The translations under genes were made by a program, and so were the position numbers. Below are positions 52,325-64,000 of a DNA stretch of 64,000 nucleotides, in pieces. This DNA comes from the human T2T-CHM13v2.0 reference genome, Homo sapiens, in NCBI RefSeq assembly GCF_009914755.1, contig NC_060929.1, one strand, 5' to 3'. A model generated the notes under the pieces. It saw only the letters and a program-made list of their open reading frames with translations. It did not search any database and was not told where the DNA came from. Position 1 is the stretch's first letter. The number at the start of each line of letters is the position of its first letter.

Positions 52325-54811
52325 TTGAAATATTATGATGTGCTCCATTAGTGTCATGCCCATTCAAAGTTAAACTATTTCTAAAGGTCTTTCAGAGTTG
52401 TTCTTCAATTTATTTTTACCCTCAGTGCATTATTATCTTCCTACTTTGAGGAATGTCTACTTGAGACACACGATCTGCTTAGGTAAAACTAGGTAACTAC
52501 AGCAGCTATAGGGCCATTGCAAAGTAAGAAATAGTTGCAGATTATAATGAAATAGTGTGGGTCTAGATTAGATTCTGCTTACCGATTAGTTGATTGAATA
52601 TGGAAGTGACTAATTCCAAGATACCAGCATTAAGTCTATTTATGAATTTGCAATGACAAACTAGCTATATACAAAACAGATCAGACTCTTTAAGACATTA
52701 TTAAAGAAACAAATCAGGTGATTCTGGGAAAATGGCAATCATATTCCGTTTTTCTCCACTAATAATTTCAAGCTGTCTTTCTTGCTGCTAATCCAGCAGT
52801 CTAATAGCTGCTGGATCATAAGAGACATTTTGATTCCATGGAAGTCTACCTGAGGCTAATTTTGGAGCCCCGGCAAAGAACTCTAAACTCATGAGCACTG
52901 AGAAGAATTGGGCATTAGGAGATCTGTGATGCCCAGCAGATATTTGAGACTAGCCTTCTACTAATTTGCCTTAGTATGTCTGTATCCCTGGCCTCCAACA
53001 TATCAAAATAATGCTGAAAGGCTGATTATTACTTTGCTTAATACTTGATATTAGACTATTATTACAGATAAGAGTATATTTTCCATATATAAACACACAT
53101 ATATATGTCCAAGCAGAAAAACAAAACTTTAACTTGAATCTGAATAGTTTATGAGATAACCTCATAGTGCCCTAAGAGAATCATACATGAGAAAAGAAAA
53201 AAAAACGCTTACAAAGAAAGGAAATCACATGGAAAAAGACTGAATACAGTGGAGAGTAGCATGGTGATGAGGACCACAGTGACAGCTGCATGTTCAGTTC
53301 AATATGACAGCTAACTTGGCCAGTAATAGGATGTCAGAAGCAAGGTGTTAGTTAGTCAAATGGAAGGCAGGAAAAGATTGAGGACTAGCCTTGCCATCTG
53401 CCCTTACATGGACTCTGACAGTTAAACCTTAATGGCAAATGAAGCCCAAAAAGGATGTAAAAAATTTAACTTTCTTCATTTTTAAAAAGCTGAACTCAGG
53501 AAGCCCCATTCTGTCTAGAAGTGTAAAATACTGTCTTTCTAATTAAAGCTGAACTCAAACCTTTCAGATACACTCTGTTTGTTTAGTTTTCCTTTCCCTT
53601 CCTCTTTCCCCGGCATATCGTCTCCGTTTTGAGGGTTCTCATGCAATGTCATGCCTAGAGGAAGAAATCTTCCTGGCTACTGTGGGAAAAGACCTCTCAG
53701 TTTTTCTGGTATCTCTTTCTCAGAGACCTTCTTCTATGTTTTACTTTCCCATTCCTTTCCAATTCTCCTTTTCCTCCTGAATTCAGAAAATCTTTATCTC
53801 TTTGAAGGGAAAAGGTGGTTCTACTCAACTGCACAGTCTTCCTCTTGGGCCACAGCTTCAGAACATAAAAGCCAAAAAATTGATATATTTGTTCTTTGAT
53901 TATATAACAATCAGCTTTCCCAAAACCAAGTATTGCTCATATGTAACATCTGAAATGGAGAAGGGTCAAGGACAGAAAGTAGAATTTGAAAAAAAAAAAA
54001 AAAAAAAAAACAAAGCACACCTCAAGTCAAGTAATCCACAGAACAATTTAAATTATTATCTAGCCACATTTCTACCTTTAATCTTGCATCTTGACAAAGA
54101 AATTGTAGTTTTCACACAGATGTCCCTTTCCCAACTTTAGGGTCCATCTACAAAATCCATTGTTTCAGAAAAGCAATTTCCACACACAAACTAATGCACA
54201 ACAATGTGGGTATTAGGTCTTCCAGGCTGCCCCAAATATGCCTGAATGCTGTGAAAAGGCCTGGATTCTGGGTGAAGTACAAACTTCCTCCAAGAACATC
54301 ATTCTCGGAGATGGTAAAATAGCAATTTGAGTTACCCTTTGGAACATACATGTCTACACTATAATTCACTATGTTATCACTACATAAAACAATGCCCTAT
54401 GTAATAGGTACTTGGTACTTTTCATTTTAACATTCAAATGTATTTTGAATAAAATTTGATGAACTTTCACTTAGCCTCATAAAGCAATCATAGTGATGGC
54501 ACTTAGAAAATGAAAAAATTAAGACAAGAAAATTAAATGACTTGGCCTGAGAACAGTGTTGAAAGCAAACTTTTGAAACCAATGACTATTAATACATTGA
54601 GAACATTTGTATTAACCATTTGGCTATTCTTGGGGTATGAGATATAGAAGCTCCAAAATAATAAACCTGCAAAATGCCCATATTCAACATTAAGTAAATG
54701 AAAGAAGCTAACAATATTCCCTATTTTTTTTTCAGTTTGCAAAATACCTATAGTACAAAAATATGGGTAATTCGCTGTGAATAGATACCAGGATTATCGT
54801 TCACAATAAAA

Positions 54812-55268
54812 ATTGTGGCACTATTCACAACAGCAAAGACTTGGAACCAACCCAAATGTCCATCAATGATAGACTGGATTAAGAAAATGTGGCACATATA
54901 CACCATAGAATACTATGCAGCCATAAAAAAGGATGAGTTCATGTCCTTTGCAGGGACATGGATGAAGCTGGAAACCATCATTCTCAGCAAAATATCGCAA
55001 GGATAGAAAACCAAACACTGCATGTTCTCACTCATAGGTGGGAATTGAACAATGAGAACACTTGGACACAGGAAGGGGAACATCACAGACTGGGGCCTGT
55101 CATGGGGTGGGGTGAAGGCGGAGGGATAGCATTAGGAGGTATACCTAATGTAAATGACGAGTTAATGGGTACAGCACACCAGCATGGCACATGTATACGT
55201 ATGTAACAAACCTGCACATTGTGCACGTGTACCCTAGAATTTAAAGTAGAATAAAAAATAAATAAATT
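54812..55268 (+). mobile_element. L1PA (PA4-6-like) 3' end, ~460 bp
   Basis: ORF 54815..55006 is the ORF2 terminus (ALFTTAKTWNQPKCPSMIDWIKKMW..GTWMKLETIILSK); 3' UTR and A-rich tail follow. Confidence 0.96.
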
Positions 55269-55304
55269 TTGATTACATACTTAAATTAATAACTTTAAAA
55301 ATTA

Positions 55305-55472
55305 GCCTACCATGGTGGCACACACCTGTAGTTGCAGCTAAGGCAGAGGGATCACTTGAGCCCAGGAATTCAAGGCTGCAGTGTGCTATAATCACAACCT
55401 TAAATAGCCACTGCATTCCAACCTAGGCAACATAGCAAGACCATCTCTCTATTTCTCTTAAAAAATAATAAT
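55305..55472 (+). mobile_element. FAM-like fossil Alu monomer (7SL-derived)
   Basis: Single monomer retaining AATAGCCACTGCATTCCAACCTAGGCAACATAGCAAGACC, a 7SL/FAM-type segment. Confidence 0.75.
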
Positions 55473-56439
55473 AATAAGCTTGCTTGTTTAGTATTTCAAA
55501 TTATAGAAAGACACCTAGCATAATGAATATGAAGGTTGTCTGAATATAAAGCAAACAAATACCTTGAATAAATATGTCTGGATTGAAAAAAAAAATGTGA
55601 ACTTCTACAATGCTACTATTTCTCTCTCATGTTGTCATTTCACTTATTCAACTAGCATTAAACTAGTCAATAACATATTCCTTAAATACCTAGTCTGAAA
55701 ATGTTGACTTTTTCAAAAAAAAATTCTTAGCTATTGCAGAACTACTATCTTTATGCCACAGTATGATGCCATTTTAATAGAGGTATTTATGGAATAAAGA
55801 TAAAATGATGTTAGAATTTAACCATTTACTAAATGGGACTCTATTATCTTCTACATAGCTAATTTTACTAATTTTATGCAGGACTGTGGGTCTGAAACTA
55901 TCCTAATTAAAATTATAAATATTAAAAACTTGAAAACACTCCATAAAGAAACTCAAAATGTATCAGAGAGGAGTGTTCTAGCAAAGCTTAATTGGCCAAG
56001 TCCATCAACATTCCAAAATCCATTGAAAGTAGGCAAACTACTGTTCACAGAAACCATGTCATCTGATAACACTCTGAATGCTGATCTGTCTGAATGACCT
56101 TTTGGACTTTCTGAACTATGTGACTCAGTTCAACTTATACAGATACCTGCAGGTTGCTCTTTTATCTCAAACATTCTTCAACATTTAAGATTCTCCCTCA
56201 GATTATATCTTCCAAACTATAAAATAAATAAATAATAACCAAGAATAGTAAAGCTTTCATTGCACAATAAGTATATTATTTAAAAGCTAGTTAAAAATAG
56301 ATTTTTCTGGAAATAAAAATAAAGCGTTATAACTTTACATAGAAAAAAGATACATGAACAGTCACTTTTCTGACAGGCTCAAAATTTATTAAACTTAGAT
56401 ATGTTTATTAAGCTTAAAATTTTGCTTTTTCTTCAATAG

Positions 56440-56790
56440 CAAGTTTTGTTTCAGTTGCTAAGTACCAGTATTATAATAAGTGCAAAACACTCAAAATATG
56501 TTTCTTGCCTTCAATTCAAGGGTAAAGAAATATAAATGCAAATAACTATATGGAGTGTCAAAATGTGACTTTTTTACAATAGTAGCAATAATAAGGTACC
56601 ATGGCAGAAAAAGAGAAAGAACAATTAATGACATAGCACAGGTACAATTGGACTTGGGTCTTGAAGACCAAGTAGGATTTTAACAAGCCAAAACAAGGAT
56701 GAACGTGCCTCTGGTCCAAGGAAATGTTCTGAGCAAATACAAAACAAAGGATATTCTCTGAAGTTATCAAATAGTCTAGTGAAGACTGAA
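56440..56790 (-). mobile_element. L2 remnant
   Basis: CTTGGGTCTTGAAGACCAAGTAGGATTTTAAC..; TTCTTGCCTTCAA. Confidence 0.5.
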
Positions 56791-57532
56791 GCAAATTTAT
56801 ATTTGTGTCTTTTACCTAAACATGGTTAATTTTCATATAATAGTTAACAGTCAATCATACCAAACTTCGCATTTTGGAAGCAACTGTGTAAATAATTTTG
56901 TGGAATGCCATAGTAATAAGGCTGCTGGTAATTTCTGCCTATTTTTTACTCATGACTCTTCAAATTAATATTTATTCTTATCTATTATTTTATAATTTTC
57001 ATTTATTTTTACATATCCATCAGACTCAAATCTAAGTGCTCAAACTTATGGTCCTAAATTTCTACTTTTTTGTAACCTTAAAGAGAAAATGAAACCACTG
57101 AAACCAAGCAAGCAGATCTATAATATTCATCTCATCAGGTACTGCCAAACAGACCACCAGCATTTTCAGGCTCATAGTAACTTATGCCTCGATCCTAAGC
57201 CTTAGATTGTCTCAGAAATTAAATGTTATGGAATAATTCTAGAAGTCTGCCATACTCCATTTTCAGCCCAAACTATCTTTTATAAGAAAGAATGGCATAT
57301 GTCTACATTTTTTAAAAATCTCTATTCAGATGAATAATAGTAAGCTTACAATCATATTCAAAATCCTACACTGATTCAAGAAACATAAAATTAAAAGAGT
57401 AATAATATTTTGACAATTTTCACATGTAGAGTAACAGGATGTCAGAAATGGGACTTTTACTGTCTCAATTTTAACTGAAACCCCAAAAGTCAAGAGCAAA
57501 ACAATAGATGCCAAGTATACCACATTCTATAG

Positions 57533-57850
57533 CATAGGCCAGCAAACTTTTTCTCAAAGGACGAAATGGTAAATATTTTAGGCTTTGCAATGCATAAGAT
57601 TTCAATCCTTCAGCTCTTCCATCGTATCTGGAAAGCAGCCATAGGTAGTATGCAAATGATGGACATGCCTACGTTCTAATAAAACGTTACTTACAGACAC
57701 TGACATTTAGATTGCATCCTTTTCACATGTCATAAAATGTTATTATTCTTTTGCTTTTTTTCTATCATTTAAAAACATAAAAATCATTCTTAAAGTACAA
57801 ATTATATAAAAACAGCAGTGAGCTAGAGTTTGCCAGTAGACTAATTCCTA
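57533..57850. mobile_element. MER58B hAT-Charlie DNA transposon
   Basis: CAGCAAACTTTTTCT..GTAAATATTTTAGGCTTTGC..AAAGCAGCCATAG..TTTTCACATGTCAT; perfect 8-bp TSD TTCTATAG (57525-57532 / 57851-57858). Confidence 0.92.
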
Positions 57851-58402
57851 TTCTATAGTGAGGTGCTAGACCACCTATGCTATTATAAAATCATTTTAAC
57901 AACATTTATGTTCTCCCACTTCCAGTATATATAGTTATAGAGGTTTGACAGGGCAAAATATATTTTACCTTTAGGGGAAAAAAATACTCAAGTGCTGTGT
58001 CGTTTCCTTTCATCTTCCTACCTGGAGGCAAGAAACAAGAAAGTTAAAGCAGCTGAGAAAAGTATTTTCTTGTAAGAAAGTTCTTAGTATGCTATGATGT
58101 CTCTCTACTGTTCCCAACATTGGTGGTCAGAAACGGATGTTTCCTAGTACATTGAGACAGTGTGTTCACCCTGAAGTTTTAGCTTGAGATATCAAAGAGA
58201 AGTGGAGTTTCAATGGTGGACCCCTGCTCTTCCATCTATGGCAAAACAATGATATTTGAATTCTTGCTTGGGCCCAGAGAGGGATCCAGTCGAAATTCAT
58301 TATAAAGAGGACACTACCCAGAAGATTACACAAAGGAATAAGAAAAATCCCAACAATGAAAGTCTGTGTTGGAGTCAAATGGGTTGTCTCATTCTCTGGC
58401 AG

Positions 58403-58885
58403 ATGTTTATTGCGGCACTATTCACAATAGCAAAGACTTGGAACCAACCCAAATGTCCAACAATGATTGATAGACTGGATTAAGAAAATGTGGCACATAT
58501 ACACCATGGAATACTATGCAGCCCTAAAAAAGGATGAGTTCATGTCTTTGTAGGGACATGGATGAAGCTGGAAACCATCATTCTCAGCAAACTATCGCAA
58601 GGACCAAAAACCAGACACCGCATGTTCTCACTCATAGCGGGGAATTGAACAATGAGAACACTTGGACACAGGAAGGGGGACATCACACACCAGGGCCTGT
58701 TGTGGGGTTGGGGGAGGGATAGCATTAGGAGATATACCTAATATAAATGACAAGTTAATGGGTGCAGCACACCAGCATGGCACATGTATACATATGTAAC
58801 AAACCTGCACGTTGTGCACGTGTACCCTAGAACTTAAAGTATAATTAAAAAAAAAAATATATATATATATACATATATATGTATA
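58403..58885 (+). mobile_element. L1PA (PA4/5-like) 3' end, ~455 bp, with A-tail grading into (TA)n
   Basis: ATGTTTATTGCGGCACTATTCACAATAGCAAAGACTTGGAACC...ACTTAAAGTATAAT+A-tail. Confidence 0.96.
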
Positions 58886-61149
58886 AAGAAAACTGGTTAG
58901 GGTTAGGTTTTAACAGGGAGTGTCAGAAAAAAATAAATTTGTTTTCTGCTTCTATCCTATCAGTTCCATCTTACTCAGCAAGAGTTAGAATATTAATGGT
59001 AGTTATAATAGTTTTTTCAGTTATACTTTCCTAATCCTTCAGAATTGGTTTAAATGCAAAGAAAAAAGTTGTTAAATTATGTACACAGTCCTGCCCTTAA
59101 TTGCACTTTGGTTTCATATTGACATAACATGTTCCCCTTGCCTTTGATAGTACACACTGATGATTTCAGAGGCAATTTCAATATTCTCTAAGTAAAACTG
59201 ATAAAAGAATCTAATGAATTTCTCAAAAGCAGCCTATTTTTCAAAGGTGACTGTAATATCATCAAATATTTATTTTTCTGAAATTTACAGATGGAAATGA
59301 ATCATTCCCCACTTAGCATTACTTACAGAAGGAAATAGGAAGCATTTTTGAGATCTGCCTTTGACAATATTTTCAAGTTATTACATTTAAGCAAAATATA
59401 AATTTGGCAGTAAGTTGCAAATGGCACAATTATAGCTGCATTCACGTTTTTCTGTATTTTGAGAAGTTGCGTAAATGCAGACATTTTTACTGTTTCTAAG
59501 ACATCAGAGGTTTGAATCAGAGGTCACTTCTCAACCTCCCCTTCAGAGAAAAGTAAACTGGATGGATTATCTGAATTCACAAGTTGGATTTATACATCAC
59601 ATATCACATTCATTTCCTGTGTCTAAGTTGAACATAAAATTCATCCTCCAAGCCAGAGTAAAAGGAGGGCACTATTAAACATTACATCAAAGACAACAGG
59701 TGTAACAGACTGCTGGGCAAACCATGTGTACGGTAACATTGCCTGTAACTGGCAGGCTGTAAGTTTCCAAAGTGTATTTTGAGCAACTCACAATCATTCA
59801 ATCATGTCATCATAAATAATTTTCTTCAGAATTAACAAAAAGAAACTATTTTATACATGTATTTCTAAAGAAGAAATTTTGTGGACTTTGGAAGTCCTTT
59901 TTCTTATACTCCACCTTACCATAACCGTAATATTTCACTTTGACAAACTTTATGTTTTGTGTTGGTTCTTTGCCCAACTTTCAAACTCTGAGCTCCAAAC
60001 AAATAGCAAGAACCTCATGACATGTGTTACTGCTGCTTTTTAATTTTCATAATGGATGTCGGTAAATATCAAGGAGATGGGAGGGAAAATATGCACTTTA
60101 GGCAGAAGTAGGGGAGCTGTGTTGCTTTTGCAGCTCTTTATTTTACTAGATGACTTGGGATTTGGGAAATTAAACATTTCAAAGATTAAAAGAACTTGGA
60201 AAAATGATTTAATAATCATTACAATAATTTCCGCAACCTACTTCACAGCGAGATGTAAGTCTCATTAAATTCAGCCTCAGATGAGTGAGCTGGAAAGATG
60301 TGGTTGGGCACTCAGAACAAAGGTGACTGACTTGCTGAAGTTAGAAGCAAACAGAATAAAAGCACTTTTCATCAGTTCCAAGTGAGCAAAGACACAGAGA
60401 CAAATTTCTTGCGTGAAATTTTGTCTAATTAGTTAATGGATATGTTAGAGGGCAATGTTGCCAATTTGTTGATATAAATGATTTTCCCATTTCCTCCCTT
60501 GTTGAAGGACTTTCTTTATTACTTGTGAACTTTTCAAATTGCACCCAAGGCTCAAAGCAATTTGAACTCAACGGGAAATCACCATTCCAGAAAGACTCCT
60601 AGAACTGATCTGTATCTCATATGAGAAATTCAGAATCCTATAAACTGGGTGGCTGGAAGCTCCAGGCTGTTGCCAAATCCATGATCTGAGCATCGCTAAT
60701 AAGCATTTCTCCCTACAGATGCTCAACACCAGAGGACTCCTTACCTCTTTTTTTTTCTCCTTATTATCTCCCTAAATTATAATACTAAACATGATAAATG
60801 CTTGGTTTCTAGTATCACTCACAATTCCTTTTATATGACCCCATTTGGTAGCTTCAATCAATCATTTCCCATAATGGCTGTTGCAACTGTACATTGACCT
60901 CCTCAAGCTCATTCCATCAGAAAACACTCTCTGCTGAGGCCCTAACTTTCTCAAATTCTTTCTCCTGCACTGACACAGGTCACTTACTATTAATATGTCT
61001 TTGTTCCTTCAAATATCCTTCTTGACAGTGCCTTCTATGCTTCAGAATCAATTTTGCCATGTCTGCCTATACTCTCAGAAACTTGCTTAGTTATTTCTTC
61101 CATATCCTATAATGCCATGCTTGCTCTCTATGCTCTCCCCCTTATCTCC

Positions 61150-62010
61150 CATCCCTACAACTTGTAAATGTGTACAAGTTTCTCCCAACTAAAAAGATAA
61201 CACAAAACAACATCAACTAAACAAACCAAAGATCTCTGGATTCTGTTGATTTCTAGGTCTCTCTTTCTGTGTGTGTCTCTTTCTAATAATAAAACTCTAC
61301 ATTTTCACATTGACCCTTCAAGTCCCGGGAATTGTACTTCTACTTTCACTTCTCTTCTAAAACTTCTCTTGTCCAAGTCTCTAATTACATCCATTCATTG
61401 ATCAGTCCTTTGTCTATTCTTCTCTTCATCTTTTGTGACTTCACAGTGTTCTTCAATGTCAAAAGCTTTCTTTGGCCTCTAGAACAGCATTCTCTGGTAA
61501 TGATTTTTTAATCTTACTGTCTGTTGTTTAGCTTCTGCCCAGGTCCCTTTTATCTTTTCATTCCTTAAACTTTTGTGTTCTTTAGAATGCAGCACTCTCC
61601 ATGTATACACTAGACATGGCTTCAATTTCTTTCTGTCTTCTGGTATTCTACACTACATGTCCAACTAGGTCACTTTTTTACAGCTTTAAATCTATATATT
61701 ATATTGATTCCTGGATGAAGTATCACATATATCTCCAAGTCAACATATTATAACTTATTATTTTCTTCCCAAACCTGTATTCACTATTTCAGGACTGTTA
61801 TAACCAGCAACACAGTCTCTGAAGTTAGAGATCTTGGAATCATCCTATATAATCTGCTTCAACTAATCATCTTCAACATATTTAAGCAGACTTTTCCTGG
61901 AAACTTTACCTCCTAAATATTTCTCTATTTCTTCCGATCAATCTGGTCCAACTCGCTGCTGCCTTAGTTTAGGGCATAATCATCTTTCACTTGAACTAAT
62001 AATCTGGGTA
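61150..62010 (+). mobile_element. Decayed L2 fragment(s)
   Basis: Pyrimidine-rich L2 blocks (CTCTTGTCCAAGTCTCTAAT; CATGGCTTCAATT; CCCAAACCTG; AGAGATCTTGGAATCATCCT; CTGCCTTAGTTTAGG..ATCATCTTTCACTTGAACTA). Confidence 0.6.
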
Positions 62011-64000
62011 CTATCTATAACTTCAAACTCACTCTTATCCCAGCAGCTTTTCTGATCAAAGAGAAGGAAAAAAGAGTCAGGTATCTGATCCTTGAATAGC
62101 AGACACCCCACCTGGTAGCAAACATGGGCTAGGCAGTGTCCTGGAATTATAGCCAATTATACCTACCACTGCTTCTTTTGATTGAGAAAGGGAGGGGGTG
62201 TCTATTTCCTTCTCTCACTACTTTGTGGATAGACATGAGACTCAACATCTGGCTTTTGCTTGTCTTCTGACAGATTCCTGGTACTCTAGCCTCTATTGGC
62301 CTTTGTTATTCACTTGATGCTGATGCTAGTCTCACCTGTCACATTTAGGTAAGCCGTAGGCAGGACAACATAACATAAAACTATTCCCTGAGTTCCTCAT
62401 AAAGAGTTTTAGTGTTCTCTAAGATGGATTTAAAATTGAGAGCATATCTTTGTTTCACTTTTTTATGAATTATTAAGATGACAAGAAACCAAGAAATGGC
62501 AGAATAAAGGAATACAAATGATCAAAACCATGATATAAAAATTCAGGGAAAGCAAGAAAGTGAGTGTGAGACCATTTTGAGAGGGAGACGAAAATAACCT
62601 GCTTTCTAAATTTTTGAAAAAAATAAAATAAAACCTTCTAAATATCTGAGAAAACCCTGAGCAGAGGCTGCAGTGGTGGCATTAGGATTCTCACCCACTA
62701 ACCGACATACTACTGTTTTGAAAATTGTTTAGGGAAATCTACTGCCATACACAATCCAGCTGTTCTAAACTATATTAACAAAATTATTACTAAGAGACAA
62801 ATAGAAATTTAAGAATACCCATAATCTAGCGTAAAATAGACATCAATTTCTTAGAATGTATTTCTTTGGTAGGATTATAAATAAACTTGTCATTGTCGTT
62901 CTACATTTGTGTAAACAAGCAAGCAGACACACAAGAAACATGTAGGCAAACACTCAAATCGTGGTAACAGTTTTTCTCCGTTATCTCTCATCAACAAATT
63001 TGAAGCTCATTGACTATGTTTTTGAAGTCAATTCTTTAGAAAATTGGTACATCCGTCCTAAACCCAAGTTTCTCCAGGATTATTTTGGGGGGGCATAATG
63101 AGAAGGTACTGTAAGATACAAAAGGTTTTTCTACTTTAAAAGAACAGAGGCTTTGCACTAATGGGTCAGGGGATTGAAGAAGCACCCAGGAGCCATGCTC
63201 TCTACTGGGATGCAGACAATGCTCTTGGAAGGTCTGTCTGTATTGATAATGCAATGTGTTTTACCATCAAATCACTTAATAGAATCGAGTTAAATGTTCA
63301 CATTTAGATTTTACTGACAGTTCCATTGCTTACTCGTCTACTCCCTGAGTAAATATCCTCTGTGAAGTTACAATAGATAGTTATTTCTGCTCTATTTCTA
63401 TTGCTTTATCGTGACTTTTTCTCTAAACTTAAAAATATCTGTAGCCAAAAAACGGTTGCAACACTGAAAGTAATTATAGTTCATGAAGTGTGTAACAAAG
63501 ATGACATTCAAAGATGTTGTATAGGAGCTACAAGCCCCAGGCCTGCAGAGATTGGGCAGGTGAGCTGAATAAGTATCTGGAGTCAGGTGGAGACTTCGTG
63601 CTACATTAATGAGAACACCACTGTTTAGCGTCAAAATATGGATCCCATATAAGAATGATAGCCTTGAGTCTAATTTTTCAAGAGAAGCCCATGCTCTGGA
63701 GTTTTGTTTAACATTTCCCAACATTGAAATTTTTACCTTTATTATTTCAAATTCAAGTTATAAAAAAATTATGAACAGGGTTTGGGCTTGGAACATGTAA
63801 AAATTTTTTCTAGAAACTAATAATAGTTAATATAGTCACATATATAAATTAGAATACAATGATGACTAGCATCTGTATGCATAAAAACTTTCTTTTATTT
63901 TCCCTTACAGTCTATGTATTGGAGGTAATATGAATAGCTGTTGCCATCATCCAAGGTGGTCTGTGGCCATATTCTTGGCAATTGTACAATCTCATCAAGC

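Noticed and set aside
58897-58907. TTAGGGTTAGG as interstitial telomere
   Set aside because: Fewer than two full units; expected by chance.
63517-63566. Micro-exon ending GGGCAG|GTGAGC
   Set aside because: The donor is good, but there is no polypyrimidine tract at the upstream AG and no supporting frame.

Overview
AT-rich, CpG-poor mammalian genomic DNA. It is almost certainly human, because it carries a young Alu with the human-specific AluYb8 7-bp duplication. I find no protein-coding gene, RNA gene, CRISPR array or prokaryotic feature. The listed ORFs are decayed LINE-1/HAL1 pieces, antisense Alu frames, microsatellite frames or chance ORFs. Much of the window is interspersed repeat: L1 (L1PA2-like to L1M), L2, MIR, Alu/FLAM/FAM, MaLR and ERVL LTRs (THE1, MST, MLT1 including a two-LTR provirus, MER77-like, LTR16-like), hAT elements (MER58A/B, MER3, MER91) and mariner MADE1. 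Family names come from my recollection of consensus sequences and need RepeatMasker/Dfam confirmation; boundaries of old elements are approximate. I see no evidence of a new biological system. The best second-look items are a Yb8/Ya5 mosaic Alu, an inverted-plus-tandem templated rearrangement around a TA microsatellite, an internal L1 fragment with no tail, a micro-inversion in an MLT1F LTR, and a cluster of NF-kB/AP-1/IRF-type motifs in unique DNA.
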